NCBI GenBank assembly: GCA_905331295.1
Contig: CAJNYD010000042.1
Span: 1-64,000, forward strand
Origin: Rotaria socialis
Lineage: Eukaryota
Length of the DNA: 64,000 bases
Reading direction: 5' to 3'
In this document: piece after piece, positions 1 through 12,398 of the stretch
Layout: every line of letters starts with the position of its first letter
How positions within the stretch are numbered: position 1 is the first letter of the stretch
The notes under the pieces: generated by a model
What the model saw: the letters and a program-made list of their open reading frames with translations, nothing else
What the model was told of the DNA's origin: nothing
Database searches by the model: none
Translations under genes and position numbers: made by a program

Positions 1-677
1 CAAATTTATGTACTTTTCAAATAAATACTTTTAGTATCGGGATTCATCAATTCCACTAGTGTCTCGACAGTGAATGTTACAACAATGACACAATCATCAA
101 CGACAACACAATCACCAACTACCACACAATCATCAACCACGAGATGTAAGTGATGTTTCGGTTGTTTAGTATGTGTCGATAAGTTGAGTTTGGAATTTCT
201 GGTGTAACAACATCACTCACGGGGTTGTTGTTCTAATGGATCTAAAATTATCAAAAAGATCTCGTCTGACGCCAATCCAAATTTTACAGCAATTACATAC
301 GTGCAGTAACTAGTGAGCGTGAAAATATTTCCACATTCACAGAAACTAATGATGCCTTAAATTAATTTTTTCTAAGCTGCGCGTATATTCAAAAGTTGCG
401 CATTTTCTACTTTCACCCTAAGTAGGCATTAATAGGCTCAGGTGTTTGTACTGATTACTAATATGTTTTTATTTTTCTTTTCGAGAAAAGTTTTCTGGAA
501 AAAATGTCCATCAATGAACTTTTATAAAAAATCGTCGAAGAACTTTTTTGTGTAAAAGTGAATGAAAAAGCTTTCAGCATTACCAGTTCTGTGATTTATG
601 ATTCAGTTTTTGGATTCCTGATAGGATGTTGGTGTGAATGGGCATCATCTTAAAATGTATACACCTGGAGGCAAGCC
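1..677 (+). repeat. Segmental duplication, near-identical to 13629-14305
   Basis: Direct alignment at offset 13628 with only a few substitutions. Identity ends after GGCAAGCC(C). Confidence 0.95.
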
Positions 678-3600
678 CAAGGGGGGGGAGCGGATGGTGG
701 GATTGCATGGATCTTATGGATCGCCGCCGTGTCCCGGATACGAGAATATCATGAAAATAGAAAGGATCTGAAAGGGAAATGACGTATTTACGAATCCGAT
801 TTGTTTTCTGGGATAAAAACGGTGATGTAAAAGCTACTGAGTACCACAGGTAGAAGTTCATTTATGCCGTTCTATAAGTCAATATTCATGCAACATCACT
901 GAATTTGTCTTCAATCAAAGTTGTTACAGTTTTCTGATGTTGAAATATGTCGTGGAAATAAAAGTTTTAAGACTTTTGACCAGGGTTGCCAGATCGAAAA
1001 TTCAAAAATTGGAAATATTTTTATTAAAATCGGAAAAAATTCGGAAAGTGGTTTTTTGATGCTAAAATAAATAGCTTGGTTGTTTTTCCCTTGATAACAT
1101 AATATCATTGATTCTGTTCCTGCTCATTTTTTCAATAATCTTAGAATCAATTTGATATAAAAATATAATCAAAACTTTTGATTCAAAAGTATAAAGTTAT
1201 ATATACACATAGATTTTACAAAATTTGTATAAAAACGCGCTAAAATTTATTAAACGTCACAATGTTTTTTCGCTCATATTTTTCATTAGCTCGAATGTCC
1301 TTCAATATATCACGCTGAGTTAAAAGATATTTATATAAATACTCGCTAGGATAATTAAAATTCATTCTGATTTTCAATTCTGCAGCAGTTAATTCAATAT
1401 TCATTCCATTACGATAATCAAACCATAAATGTCTCATTATGACTAAATATTGTTTCGGCAAAAGGGTTTGCTTGTGGAATTGAAAAAGTTTAACAAATGA
1501 GTTTTTTCATATTTCATGTTGAATTCAGACAATTATTTAGTAAGACAGACCAGAATTGATCGGTTCGTATACGATTAAATTATCTTGGAGTGCTCAAAAA
1601 GCTTAACTTTAAAAAAAATTAAAAAAACCGAAGAAAATGAGGAAATTGGAAAGTTATCGGAAAAAGATGCAAAAATCGGAAAAAATCGGAACGTCGGAAA
1701 GCCGTCGGAAAAAGTTCAAAAATCGGAATCTTTCCTGCAATATCGGAAGATCTGGACACCCTGCTTTTGACGTAAATTGTTGACAAACATAGTGCTTAGT
1801 TCCGAGAGTACGTAAATATTGCTGAGAACGCTGTCCTCAAAAGAGCAGATTTGCTTGGTATTTTTTATAACAGACATATTCCAGCAAAAACAGATCCGTT
1901 TTCGCTTGAGCTGCTCAGTGTGTGCATGCCTTAACTTTATATAATAATCGTAAAAAATAACTTCATCAATACGAAGAGATGCACAGCAAAAGGATCATTT
2001 TTGTAATACTATATGAATATAGATATTCCATGAAGAAATCGTGCTAGAACGCTAATATTTTGACTGTAGTAGAATTTCATAGAGCACTGCCTGTGACAAA
2101 AATGTAATGCTCTAAATACTTGAAAACTCTATACTGTCACGGACCGATTTCACAAAATACTTTATCAATAGAAGTTCCTTTGGTATGATTTTGAGGGACA
2201 TAATAAATACCATAAAGTTCTGCAAAACTTAACATGGGATCTCCTAGAATCTGTTTGGGTGACTTATTGTAAGATACTCACAGGTGGCCCTTTTTCTGCT
2301 GAAAATATACTCGACTTCACTTGAAAATTAATAGAAAATTTTCATAAAGTGAAATAAAAACTATTCAATAGAAATCAGTATATAACGTTCTATAGGTTCT
2401 CTCAAAAACTCCTCTAAAGAGAAAAAGAAAGAAATTTTCTGAAAATCTTCGTGGAAATATACGAGGATTTTTATAAAAACTTGTTCAAATAAGGATTGCA
2501 AGACGTACGAGAATTCTTAGATTGATTTTCTATCATTGCTAAAAGATTTTATGGAACTGGATAAGTACTCAGGTACTAATTTATATTAGATGAAATTTAT
2601 TTCACATGGTGCTGCTTTTCTATGCATTTTTTTATTGAAACGGAGCGTATTTTGTTACAGAAAATCAGTTACTGTTGAGGATCCTTGAATATAGTTCGAA
2701 GGATCCGTCTACAAGATACCAGGTCAATTTTAGCATTGCTTTATAATGTTCAGTTCATATTTTAAAGTCGGCGCTCATAATTGGAGGGAAAATATATTCC
2801 ATGAGACAGCTTGTCTAATAAAAATATTTGCTTTAAATCTAGAATCAATTTCAACGACCTTTTCGTTTTATCACCTGAGTTTCTGCTATTCATGCACGTT
2901 GGGGCTGGTTTATTGGACATCAAATTATTATTCTAGTGATATTGTATATTGTATTGATTTCGAAAAGAATCAAACTGCGAATCTAGAATATTAGNATCTA
3001 GAATATTAGGATCTTAACAAACCCTCATACATACAGAAGAGAATTCATCAACATTCTTAAATCTGAGTTTAACCAATTCAGTCGGAATTTTTAATCTATT
3101 TGTTTTCTATTAGAGGATTTCATTTTCATATGTTTAAACAATAGGAAATAATCGATTCCGCTCTCCAGTGCATTTTTCTATCATGGACTATTTGTTTCTT
3201 GCAATTTTTGATAGTTTTCTAGTGTTAAGAACCACTAGACTTTTGTTTTACTATACTGGTGTATTTTAGTTGGTTTCCTTAGATCTTTGCAAATTTGTTT
3301 TGAAATCAATTACTTTAGAATCTCCTGTATACGCATTAGCTCTTTTTCAATCGAAGATTAATAAAATACTTCTGTTCAACATTCATTTAAACTGAGGATT
3401 CTTTATAGTCAAGTCTCTGATTCGTAAAATCATAGCTGTGTAGTAGAATGTTAAAAATATAAGCGTTTATAAAATATATCGAACTACACAAAAAACAGTT
3501 GTGGATATCATTATTTAAACTTCTGAAAAAAAGATTTAAAAATTTCCTATGATAAAAAGTAGAAAATAATTAGCAACGAACATATATGTTTTGAAGAAAA

Positions 3601-6276
3601 AAGACGAACAACGAAAGTGTAAAACGTTTCATTAATCACCGTTTCTATAAACCGCTTGCTGAAAATATCTCAACAGAAAAAACTTGGATTTTTTTTATAA
3701 AACAAGAAAAAATATCCGATGGGATAAGAAAGTTGTCCCATCTTATCTGATGGAATAGCAAGGAACTGAGTCATTTCATCCCATTATGAACTCTTTCTAA
3801 AACTTTATTAGCCAGACATTGGCTGATCGGCGTCTTAGAAGATCAGACTCTTTAAAAACCATGCCTTTGATCAAAATCCTGATTGTTTTGAACAGTTTCA
3901 TAGGTCATAGAAATAAAAACTATGTAGAGAGCCAAGACTATTCCTAAAAAAGTATTCAACAGGATATTTTTGTGAGTAGGATTTCAGCTTTGTAATATGA
4001 TCGAGTTATGAGTTATATATCTACAACCAGGGTTGCCACCTGATGAAGTCCAAAAAGCGGAAAATAGCGGAAAGAAAAACAGAAAAAGCGGGAGAAAAAA
4101 GCGGAAGCTTATATTGTTGCAGATTTGAGGTGCTTCTGAGAATATTAGGCATTTTTTTCATATTTATTGAATTTCTTTTTATTTCATCAAAGTTTCAAAA
4201 CATAAAAGAATGATGGCTCACGGTATTTGTGAACAATAAGAATTGATTCAATAAAATCAAATATTATTCTGTACGTAGGTTTGATATGCAACGCGTTTTA
4301 TACGAAAAAGCGGAACAGCGGAAAAATAGCGGAAAAAAATTGAAAAAAGCTGAAGAGGTGGCAACCCTGTCTACAACGCGTCTAAACATGACAATTTCGT
4401 TATATATGTGGCAATACTGATCTATTTATTCATATTTCATTCATCTGACCTTATTTTTATATGAAAGGTGGATAAATGTGTGATATACGTATGTTAAACA
4501 TTTTGAGTTAAATGAATGCATTGTTGTTGAAAAATGCATGTAGACATACATAGTCACAAAAAGAGTAGCTTTTCGCAATTAGGTTCTAAAAAATTTAAAC
4601 ATCTTAATAACGGAACGATATTTTTCCAATTTTTTTTTACTGTCATCCTTAAAATTAGTTTCTTATGCAAATATGAAAGTAAGAAAAGTCAAACAATTTC
4701 GATTGAAAACAAGTTCAGTATTTACTTGTGTAAGACGATTTGTATACCTATCGGCTCGGTCAAATATTTTCCACAGATCGAATCAACGTTAAACAAGTAG
4801 ATTTAGCTGGCACTGTGGAAATAGAATTGTTATTTTTCTTAGATTGAACTCATTTCACTCAATGAAAAAAATGTGCTCATACCAGAAATAAGTGACAAAA
4901 AATGATTAAAAACTCTTTGAAATCGAATCAACTTTTTCACCAGCATTGGTTGATCGTACTGGTATTACATTTATCCTATATATTTTGAATTTTTCGATGG
5001 AACAAACTCGTATGCTTGGTGCCTGGAACGTATCGTGCGTATCGGATGGATCGCCATCGTATCCTCTGGATTGTGTGGATTGCCACTATATCCCGGATAG
5101 ACGGAATCCGCCTTTTCCCCCATTGAACTAGCTACTGTCTCAATATGATTCATTTTGAATTCTACAGTTAATGAAGGATGATGATTTGTGCTTTTAACAC
5201 TGTTTTACAGACTATAGAGACCTTTAATTCAATGTTCCCTGAAATGATCATTATTTAAATTTATTCAGCAATGAGATTTATTCGAGATGAAATTTTTTCA
5301 TTTCACAGTTATTCGGCATTTGTTACTAAGTGCAGTTATTTTTATTGATGTGTATTTTTGTGATCTTTGAGCAATTTTTGACCCTTACTTGTTTAAAAGG
5401 AAAAGACACCCAGTGGAACATTTTAGAATACTTGATTTGAGTATCGCTTTGCAAATCTATTTATCTTGTAGCCGAAGAACTTCGATAGTCAGGAGGCATA
5501 CGTAATCACAAAGAAGATCGTGTCGCATAATAACATCAAGACAGGCAAAAAATGAATAGTCTGTTTCAGATAATGAGTATATTTTTTTGGAACCGTATTG
5601 AATTTATATTTTTGATCTTGTGAAATACAATGGGTTACTTTAATTTCTAAAAATATATTCCCTTCATTTCTATTTATTTTATTTTATTTTTTCATCTAGC
5701 AACGACGACAGCAACAACTTGTAAGTGTTGAATAGAAAAGCATAATATTGATTAACACTTCATTTCATTTTAATCTGTATAGCACCACCATGTACTAAAA
5801 CTCCAAATGTAGCAGGGGCCATTTTTCGCTTTACTACTGCTAATATCTCGCTTACTTATACATGTTATTCATATGGATTCACAGCTAATGATTCTTCATC
5901 AACTGTTACATTTATTCTAACAGGCGATAGTGGACCTGCTCAGCACTATTGGCTCATTGATGATGTGGCTGTGAATGACACAACAAACAACACAAATGTT
6001 CTAACCAATGGTAACTTTGACCAAGGTACTTTTAATGGCTGGGCCCAATTTTGTGCGACAAATGCTAATTGTGGAAATGGTTTTTACGGCCAACTAACAA
6101 GCTCTCCTTGCAGATCTGCACCATACTGCTACATGGATAAATGTAATAACGGTCGTTACTATGATTATTTGTTACAATCATTCGACACTGTGACTGGAAA
6201 TTATTACGTATTGTCATTTTATATTAGAGCTTACGCCAATGGAGGTTCTCAGTTGGCATACGTCATGTTGTCCTAA
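35..6276 (+). CDS. 3' part of a mucin-stalk protein ending in a galactose-binding/CBM-like beta-sandwich domain (exons 35-145, 5700-5720, 5783-6276)
   Basis: All junctions are GT-AG, phase 1. Spliced product: ...SGFINSTSVSTVNVTTMTQSSTTTQSPTTTQSSTTR-STTTATT-SPPCTKTPNVAG...YTCYSYGFTA...HYWLIDDVAVND...LTNGNFDQGTFNGW...DYLLQSFDTVTGNYYVLSFY...stop 6276. The NGxF...GW motif resembles CBM4/9-like domains. The 5' exons lie upstream of the window. Confidence 0.75.
981..1763. mobile_element. hAT-like MITE
   Basis: TIR CAGGGTTGCCAGAT / ATCTGGACACCCTG; perfect 8-bp TSD CTTTTGAC (973-980, 1764-1771); subterminal TCGGAA repeats. Confidence 0.9.
4028..4369. mobile_element. hAT-like MITE
   Basis: TIR CAGGGTTGCCACCT / AGGTGGCAACCCTG; 8-bp TSD TCTACAAC (4020-4027, 4370-4377); AAAAGCGG subterminal repeats. 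Confidence 0.9.
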
Positions 6277-7276
6277 CGAAACATGTTACTATGGACAAGT
6301 GACTAGCACTATGAACAAATAGACAGACATAACAAAACGTGTGTGTGTGTGTGTGAAACAATATCCTTTTAAAAGTGACTACAACGCTTCTTTACTTTTA
6401 CCTTTTTTGAAATAAAACTATAACCATATCTTGCCTATTACTAATCTCGAAATTGAATAGTTTTTCGTGTCTATGCTGGAGATTTATCCGCCGACTGGCC
6501 TATATTTATTAGTACCTCAGCTATATTCAGCCGATTTATGTAGAATATTCATCAACTGATTTCGATTTTGTTTAGCTAGCTTAGTTAACAATCGAGCATA
6601 TTCATTGTTGTATATAATATTGTGACTCAAGATGTTGATTGTTCAGATAACTGAACGTGTTGCTTTAAGAATTAGTTTGATGAGAAACTCCAGAAGAAGC
6701 TGTGTTATAATTATTGTTCAGATGAAAGAGTGGGCTGATAGCATCCTTCATGAAATTCAGAAAGATTAATATGTCAACTTTGTATGCAATTGTCATCAAG
6801 GGGATGGGCTATGGTAGTTCGGTTTAGGAAGTATAATCTATTCGATTTGTTTCATAGACATATTAACTAACCAACAGGTCGAAAACACATTTGAATTTGG
6901 TTGGGCGTATTTCATAGTTTTCAAAGAACTTACAGTTGTCTTTGATAGAAACTGTTAAATTATTGCATTAAATATACCAAAATTTTTAACTATGAAGCCA
7001 CTGTTTTAGTTTTTGCACAGCTGTCTGATTCCAGTTTGAAAATTTCATTAGCATCAAGTTAGCCAAAGGCAAAATTTAGCTTAATGTTAAAGAAGATCAA
7101 TTTTGATTTCAATCAGTATTATTGAATGGTTTAAGGCACCCACGTCAACAGTAGTAATAGAATAACGCTTGGGATATAACTATTGGTTCCCATAAGTAAC
7201 AAACACCAACTATGTTTAAATAATATGCCAGCTGAATATGCCCAAGGTTTTATGGGGGACGGGGGGGGGGGCGGGN

Positions 7277-7337
7277 NNNNNNNNNNNNNNNNNNNNNNNN
7301 NNNNNNNNNNNNNNNNNNNNNNNNNNNNNNNNNNNNN
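7277..7337. other. Assembly gap
   Basis: N-run. Confidence 0.95.
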
Positions 7338-7626
7338 ATTCTATTACTACTGTTGACGTGGGTGGGGGGGAGGGTGAAGTGGCAATATCCAAAGTAGATA
7401 TATGAATACTAAATCAGTTAATTACAAATTGTCATTTATTATTCGGACACTGATTCTGTTACTTAACTAATACTACCCGTATCATCACAGGATCTAGCAT
7501 TAGATAGGAGCTAGCTTGCTCTGCATCTTCATTAGTATCCATAGCATTTCATGGTGACCGGATATGTCTTAGGAGAAAAACGTTGCATTAACATAACATG
7601 TGATAGATAAAATTGTGTAGGATACT

Positions 7627-7740
7627 CAAGGGGGGAAAAGCGTACTTCTGCACTTCTCAGTGCTTCCCATTACTTCTTAGTACTTCTTAGTACTTCTCGG
7701 TACTTCTCGGTACTTCTCCGTACTTCTTGAGACTTCTGTC
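7627..7740 (+). mobile_element. P-like MITE left end with TACTTCT tandem repeats
   Basis: CAAGGGGGGAAAAGCG terminus resembles those at 678, 23535 and 48253, followed by roughly 10-bp TACTTCTYRG repeats. No right end found. Confidence 0.5.
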
Positions 7741-9420
7741 CTTATTCTCGTCTCAATCCTGTTCACTCCTGCAAAATCCTTGAAAAGACCTTTAAGGATC
7801 ACATTATTTCCTATTCGGGATCCTGTTCCGAATTTTGATAATTCCTGTTTTCAGAATTTTTTAAGGCAAAACAAGATCCTGTTAAGGATTTCTTTAGGTT
7901 TCTGCCAAGATAGTATTTGCCAGTTGAGAATTTAGTATACTATCAGGCTTTACTCAACATTCTGTGATGTATCCTAAGAACATTATGAGACAGGAATCTG
8001 GAAAGATTTTATTAGGTACTCGTTACAGTCTACATCAAATTTTCATGTCGAGGTTCTGTTATGAATGATAGTCACACCACAAGAGGATCGTAGTAAAAAA
8101 AGGCTTGTTAGCGCAGCCCCTTTGGGGCTAAAATGTGGAACTCACATATATCCCTTCGGCTTACTAAAATAGTTCAAAATAATTCATCTGACAAATCTAT
8201 CCTGATTTCCAAAACCTATAATTAGATCTTTGCCTATTTGCACTTATGTCTGTAATTGAGTATTAATTGTTAGCTCGTATATTTAACAAAGGCAGAGACT
8301 GGTTTCTATGGCCTGTAATGATACCCTAAGCTAGTTACTATGGTCTGTAATGGTACCCTAAGCTAGTTACTATGGTCTGTAATGGTACCCTAAGCTAGTT
8401 ACTATGATCTGTAATGGTACCCTAAGCTAGTTACTATGGTCTGTAATGGGCAAACATTGCTTTTTTCGTGTAGTTTGTAATTGGAAAAGGAAGAAATAGC
8501 AGCCTAATTAGTCAAGCTCCTAATTAGCACAATTTTAAACTCATTAATGTCTGTAATGGGGAGGGGAGGAGCCGCAAAAATCTCGCCTTTAAACTTACAC
8601 TCACCATTTTCTTCGAAAATATATGTGAGTTCCACAAAACAGCAAAATCTACCAGAGTAAAAACTGATTAATCCTGCAAAGCTTTGACCAGGATCGTGTT
8701 CAGAGCTTTTCAACAGTATGCATTTCAAACCTTAGAAGACGATGGCATTTCTAATCAGAACCTTGATAGGAAAATATAAGCATTTAGAAAAAATCTTTAC
8801 ATGTTAGTACTTATCCCACGCAGTCTTGTCTGTTTCTTGAGAAAATCTTGAAAGATCTTTCAGAACCATATACCTCAAGGATTCTAAAAATTTCGATTCA
8901 TGATTCTACCCAGAATTTGTTCAGGTTTCTGCTTGGATATTTTTCTGAATCGAATTTTTAGGATCCTACTAAGATTCACTGACAATCCTATCTAGGAATC
9001 TGACAAAAATCATAAAGAGAACTTCCTGAAGATTGCATTAGAGCGAATCAATATCTGATCAGGATTTTAATACGAGGATACTATCAACAGTTATGTATAG
9101 TTTTATCGGAGAGAGTTCATACCAGTAAAAAACAAGATTAATCAGAGTTCTCAAATAGTAGCTGCTGTCAAATTTCGATCAGATTCCTGAGTGGAAGTGG
9201 CTAATAACAGGCATTTAGAATACTTATAAAACTGCAATCATGATCAGGATCTGGATAAGAAAATACCAGAAGCCAGTTAAGCTATTTTCAGGTTTGTGTT
9301 CTATAAGAAATCAGACTAGAATGAATGAAATGATTTCCTGAAGTTTTTAGATAGCTTCAGGTTAAAATCCTTTCAGATGTTCAAAATTTATAGACCAGGA
9401 CAGAATTTGAATATCAATTT
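7740..9420 (+). repeat. Old CAGGAT/ATCCTG-rich dispersed repeat, with an inverted relative at about 43560-44465
   Basis: For example 7750 GTCTCAATCCTGTTCACTCCT matches the reverse complement of 44440-44460, and the 8760-8860 block matches the reverse complement of 43915-44020. Interrupted by the element at 8103. Confidence 0.6.
8103..8639 (-). mobile_element. Helentron-associated non-autonomous element (HINE/DINE-1-like), copy 1
   Basis: Subterminal inverted repeat TGTGGAACTCACATATAT, terminal hairpin GCCCC-TTT-GGGGC, A/T-run flanks, internal 32-bp tandem repeat (starts 8331, 8363, 8395, 8427). Confidence 0.75.
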
Positions 9421-9711
9421 TATTGAGGGTGTGGGGTGTGGGGTGTGGGTGTGTGGATGTTGTTCATTCCCTCATAATCTTATCCATGCGCGCACCCACA
9501 CCCGCACCATGGTTACCATACCAAATCTGGTTCATTAATCGATTCGATTGTAGACTTGTTAGTTAGGATAAAATTCTATGCCTAAAATGGACCATGTTTG
9601 ATTCGATATTTTTCGGTTAAGAACTTTTTCGACGAAAATACTCATCGGCAAGAGTGGTAGCCGGTGAAAATTGTGTCTACCTATTTCTGAAATAACACAA
9701 ACTGATTCAGA

Positions 9712-10008
9712 TATGTTTACACAATTTCGATTTTTCATAGTTAGGGCGGCAGTGGCCGAAGGCTTTCTTCTTTAACTATATATATATTTCTCTTCGAAAA
9801 GAAGAATTCCTGCTAACTACGAAGGCATAGAAAAGCTTATTTAAACACAATTTAACGCGTTTTAACGTGTTAAAAAAAAGCTTTTCTGCCTGGATCTTAC
9901 AAATACTTCTTTTCGAAGAGAAATATATATACAGATATGCATTTCAAGAAGAAAGTCTTAATCCATGGTCCCGCTCATTAGAAGAAATTGACATTGTGCA
10001 AACATAGT
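9712..10008. repeat. Degenerate foldback (inverted repeat) element
   Basis: TATATATTTCTCTTCGAAAAGAAG at about 9780 is mirrored by CTTCTTTTCGAAGAGAAATATATA at about 9906. Confidence 0.55.
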
Positions 10009-12398
10009 ATATGAACCTCTTATTGTGCTTTTGTGCACAAACGGTGCGGATAGGTGCACGTACAGTTCTTCTTGCTACTGCCAGTCACACCCAGACCTGG
10101 ATCCTCCTTTCTGATAGAATTCATGCAAAAACAAAAAACACAAGATTTATATTTGCTTAAACGATTTCGATTTATTCTAATGGAGGGAACAGTCAATGAA
10201 GGCTTTCTTTTTTAAATGCATAAATTTCTTTTCAAAAGAAAACTATTTCTACTAGTGTTTATACATGGTACGAAGAATTATAATTCACCAGAGACATGCA
10301 CAGGGTAGGAGGATCCTGTTGTCCTGTCCTGCCCTGCCACCCGCCAGGACCAAGGTAGCCAACAGAATAGGCAAGGACAGGAGAAAAAATGATATCCTAT
10401 GCCCGTCTCTGATTCCCACGTACGTATGTTTCTGTGTGTGCGTTTATATGCCGATCTACTGGTGCGAGTGTAGATGTGAATGTAGCTCTTCGTGCTACTA
10501 ACAATTCCGTCTATAAATACACAGGCAGAAACACACACACACACACACACACATATAAATCTGTATTTTTCAGATTATACATTAATTCTTATAGACAGGT
10601 TTTTTTAAAGGTAAGTGTATGTATCGGAAAATAAGAATTTTGTTGTTTTTGTATAATGCATAATTTGTAGTAGCAATGGAATTGGGTAGAAACTTCTCCT
10701 AATCGACATTGGTTTGAGATTGAACGTTACTGTGGTACAGATAGCTACTTTTCCAGTTGCTGGGTAAGTCAATAATGACGAAATTGTGGATTTGATTTTC
10801 TTGTCAAGTAAAGGAGATTTTGGATAAACTATGACTTTTTATAAAGTTTTATCAGAGGTCTTTGTGGTGAAGTTTAGCTAACAAAGAAATGAACTACACA
10901 ACTTTGAGAAATTTATTACAGATCCAGATATCTGGATCCAGAAAACCTTCGGCAAAACTTTATAAAAGAATCGTTATTCATTCAAAGACATAGTCTCTTG
11001 GCAAAAGAATCAAATCCAGCATTTCAACATTACTGACTCTCCAAGAAATGTCACGTCAATTCTAATCAATTCCAAGTCGAGAATTAGTAAACACGTATTA
11101 TAATTATCTATTCATTTTTGCTTTTCTGTTTAGCATGTACAACTTTATATGAGGTAGTCCCTTTCTGCTTAAATATGAACATTTCCTTATCGATTAGTCA
11201 TATATTAGCTACTGTTGAGTGGTGAAGAAATCGTTAAACGTATATAGTGAAGTGGCCAAAATAGTGTTCGAAATCCATAACAAACCCTTGAGTGTTTTGT
11301 CTACCGATTGTAGGAAACCACTTCTCTACAGAAACAGAGCAGTTTGAATGCGTAGTGTACGAAATCTAGCACCAAAGTAGCGAAATAGTTATTATGCCTT
11401 TAGACGGTTTCATGGTGCTTTATCTAGAGTGAGAAATCCTAATCCAGCAACATTTTTAATCTTCATAATATTTTACTTGTTAATTCAATCTGGTAGCTTA
11501 TATTTTAATAAAATAGTAGTGTTCTAAGATACACTGCTAGAAATGGTTACGACTCAAGTGACTGTCTACAAAAAGATCACGTAAGCATTTGTCATTCGAG
11601 CCGGTTGTTGTTACCACGTTTTTTATTTTTATTTTACACAAGTTCATTTTCGTTCGAAACCAAAAAATGATTGTATAGGTGTTTTTGTATTTTTTCTTTG
11701 TGTAAAATGAAATATGACAATGTATTAGAAGAATTTAATTAAATCCAAACTATTTGTTTTAAATTGACAGAAAAATAACATCCCTAGCTGAAAGTGACGT
11801 CCCGAATAGGCGCTGATGATTAACTTGATGTCTTCTAGCTTTATAAGGTCACATAAATATTCCAGGAACTTTTGAGAAACAAGGAAAATGTATTAATTAC
11901 TTTCGGATACGATCAACTTTGGAATGAAGGTTTTTCAACAAATATCTGATGTTTTCGTTAAATGAACGGTGCATCTTCAATGATGCCTTACATGAGCGCC
12001 GAGGGTCGACTAGGAGATGATACTGAAACTTCGTGTGAGAAAAATAAGCTTGCGGAAGGTTTTGAGAGAAAAAAAGCTTTTCACTAGCCAGTCATACTCA
12101 TGATTGAAGATGGATTCAAAATGCTGAGAACACTTATTTGTTGAAGCGCGATGTTATCTTCCAGAAAATGCTTAGCGAATCCATCGGATGAGTGCTACTT
12201 CTTCATCAAAATATTGAAATCCTTGACTTTTATTCTGTCTTTAATATAGACTGAACTGTTGAGATTGGTGAAAAACCAGAAAAGCATTTACGAACAGGTG
12301 AACTCAGCTACGAAATAGTCGAACGTTTGTGCGAGTATAAGTGCGATAAAACTCGAACCGTGCTTTCTTGTATTTAATCGCATAGTTTACTGAAAAAC

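Noticed and set aside
4944..5131. Possible alternative phase-1 terminal exon (SLVDRTG...PPFPPLN)
   Set aside because: Its 3' half overlaps a P-like TIR end and GGAT repeats; no recognisable domain.
7137..7364. 27-bp perfect inverted repeat
   Set aside because: It straddles an N gap and G-runs; a MITE cannot be told from misassembly.
8320..8450. CRISPR-like 32-bp repeats (also the 53-bp array at 19672)
   Set aside because: Units are contiguous with no unique spacers, there are no cas genes, and they lie inside eukaryotic TEs.
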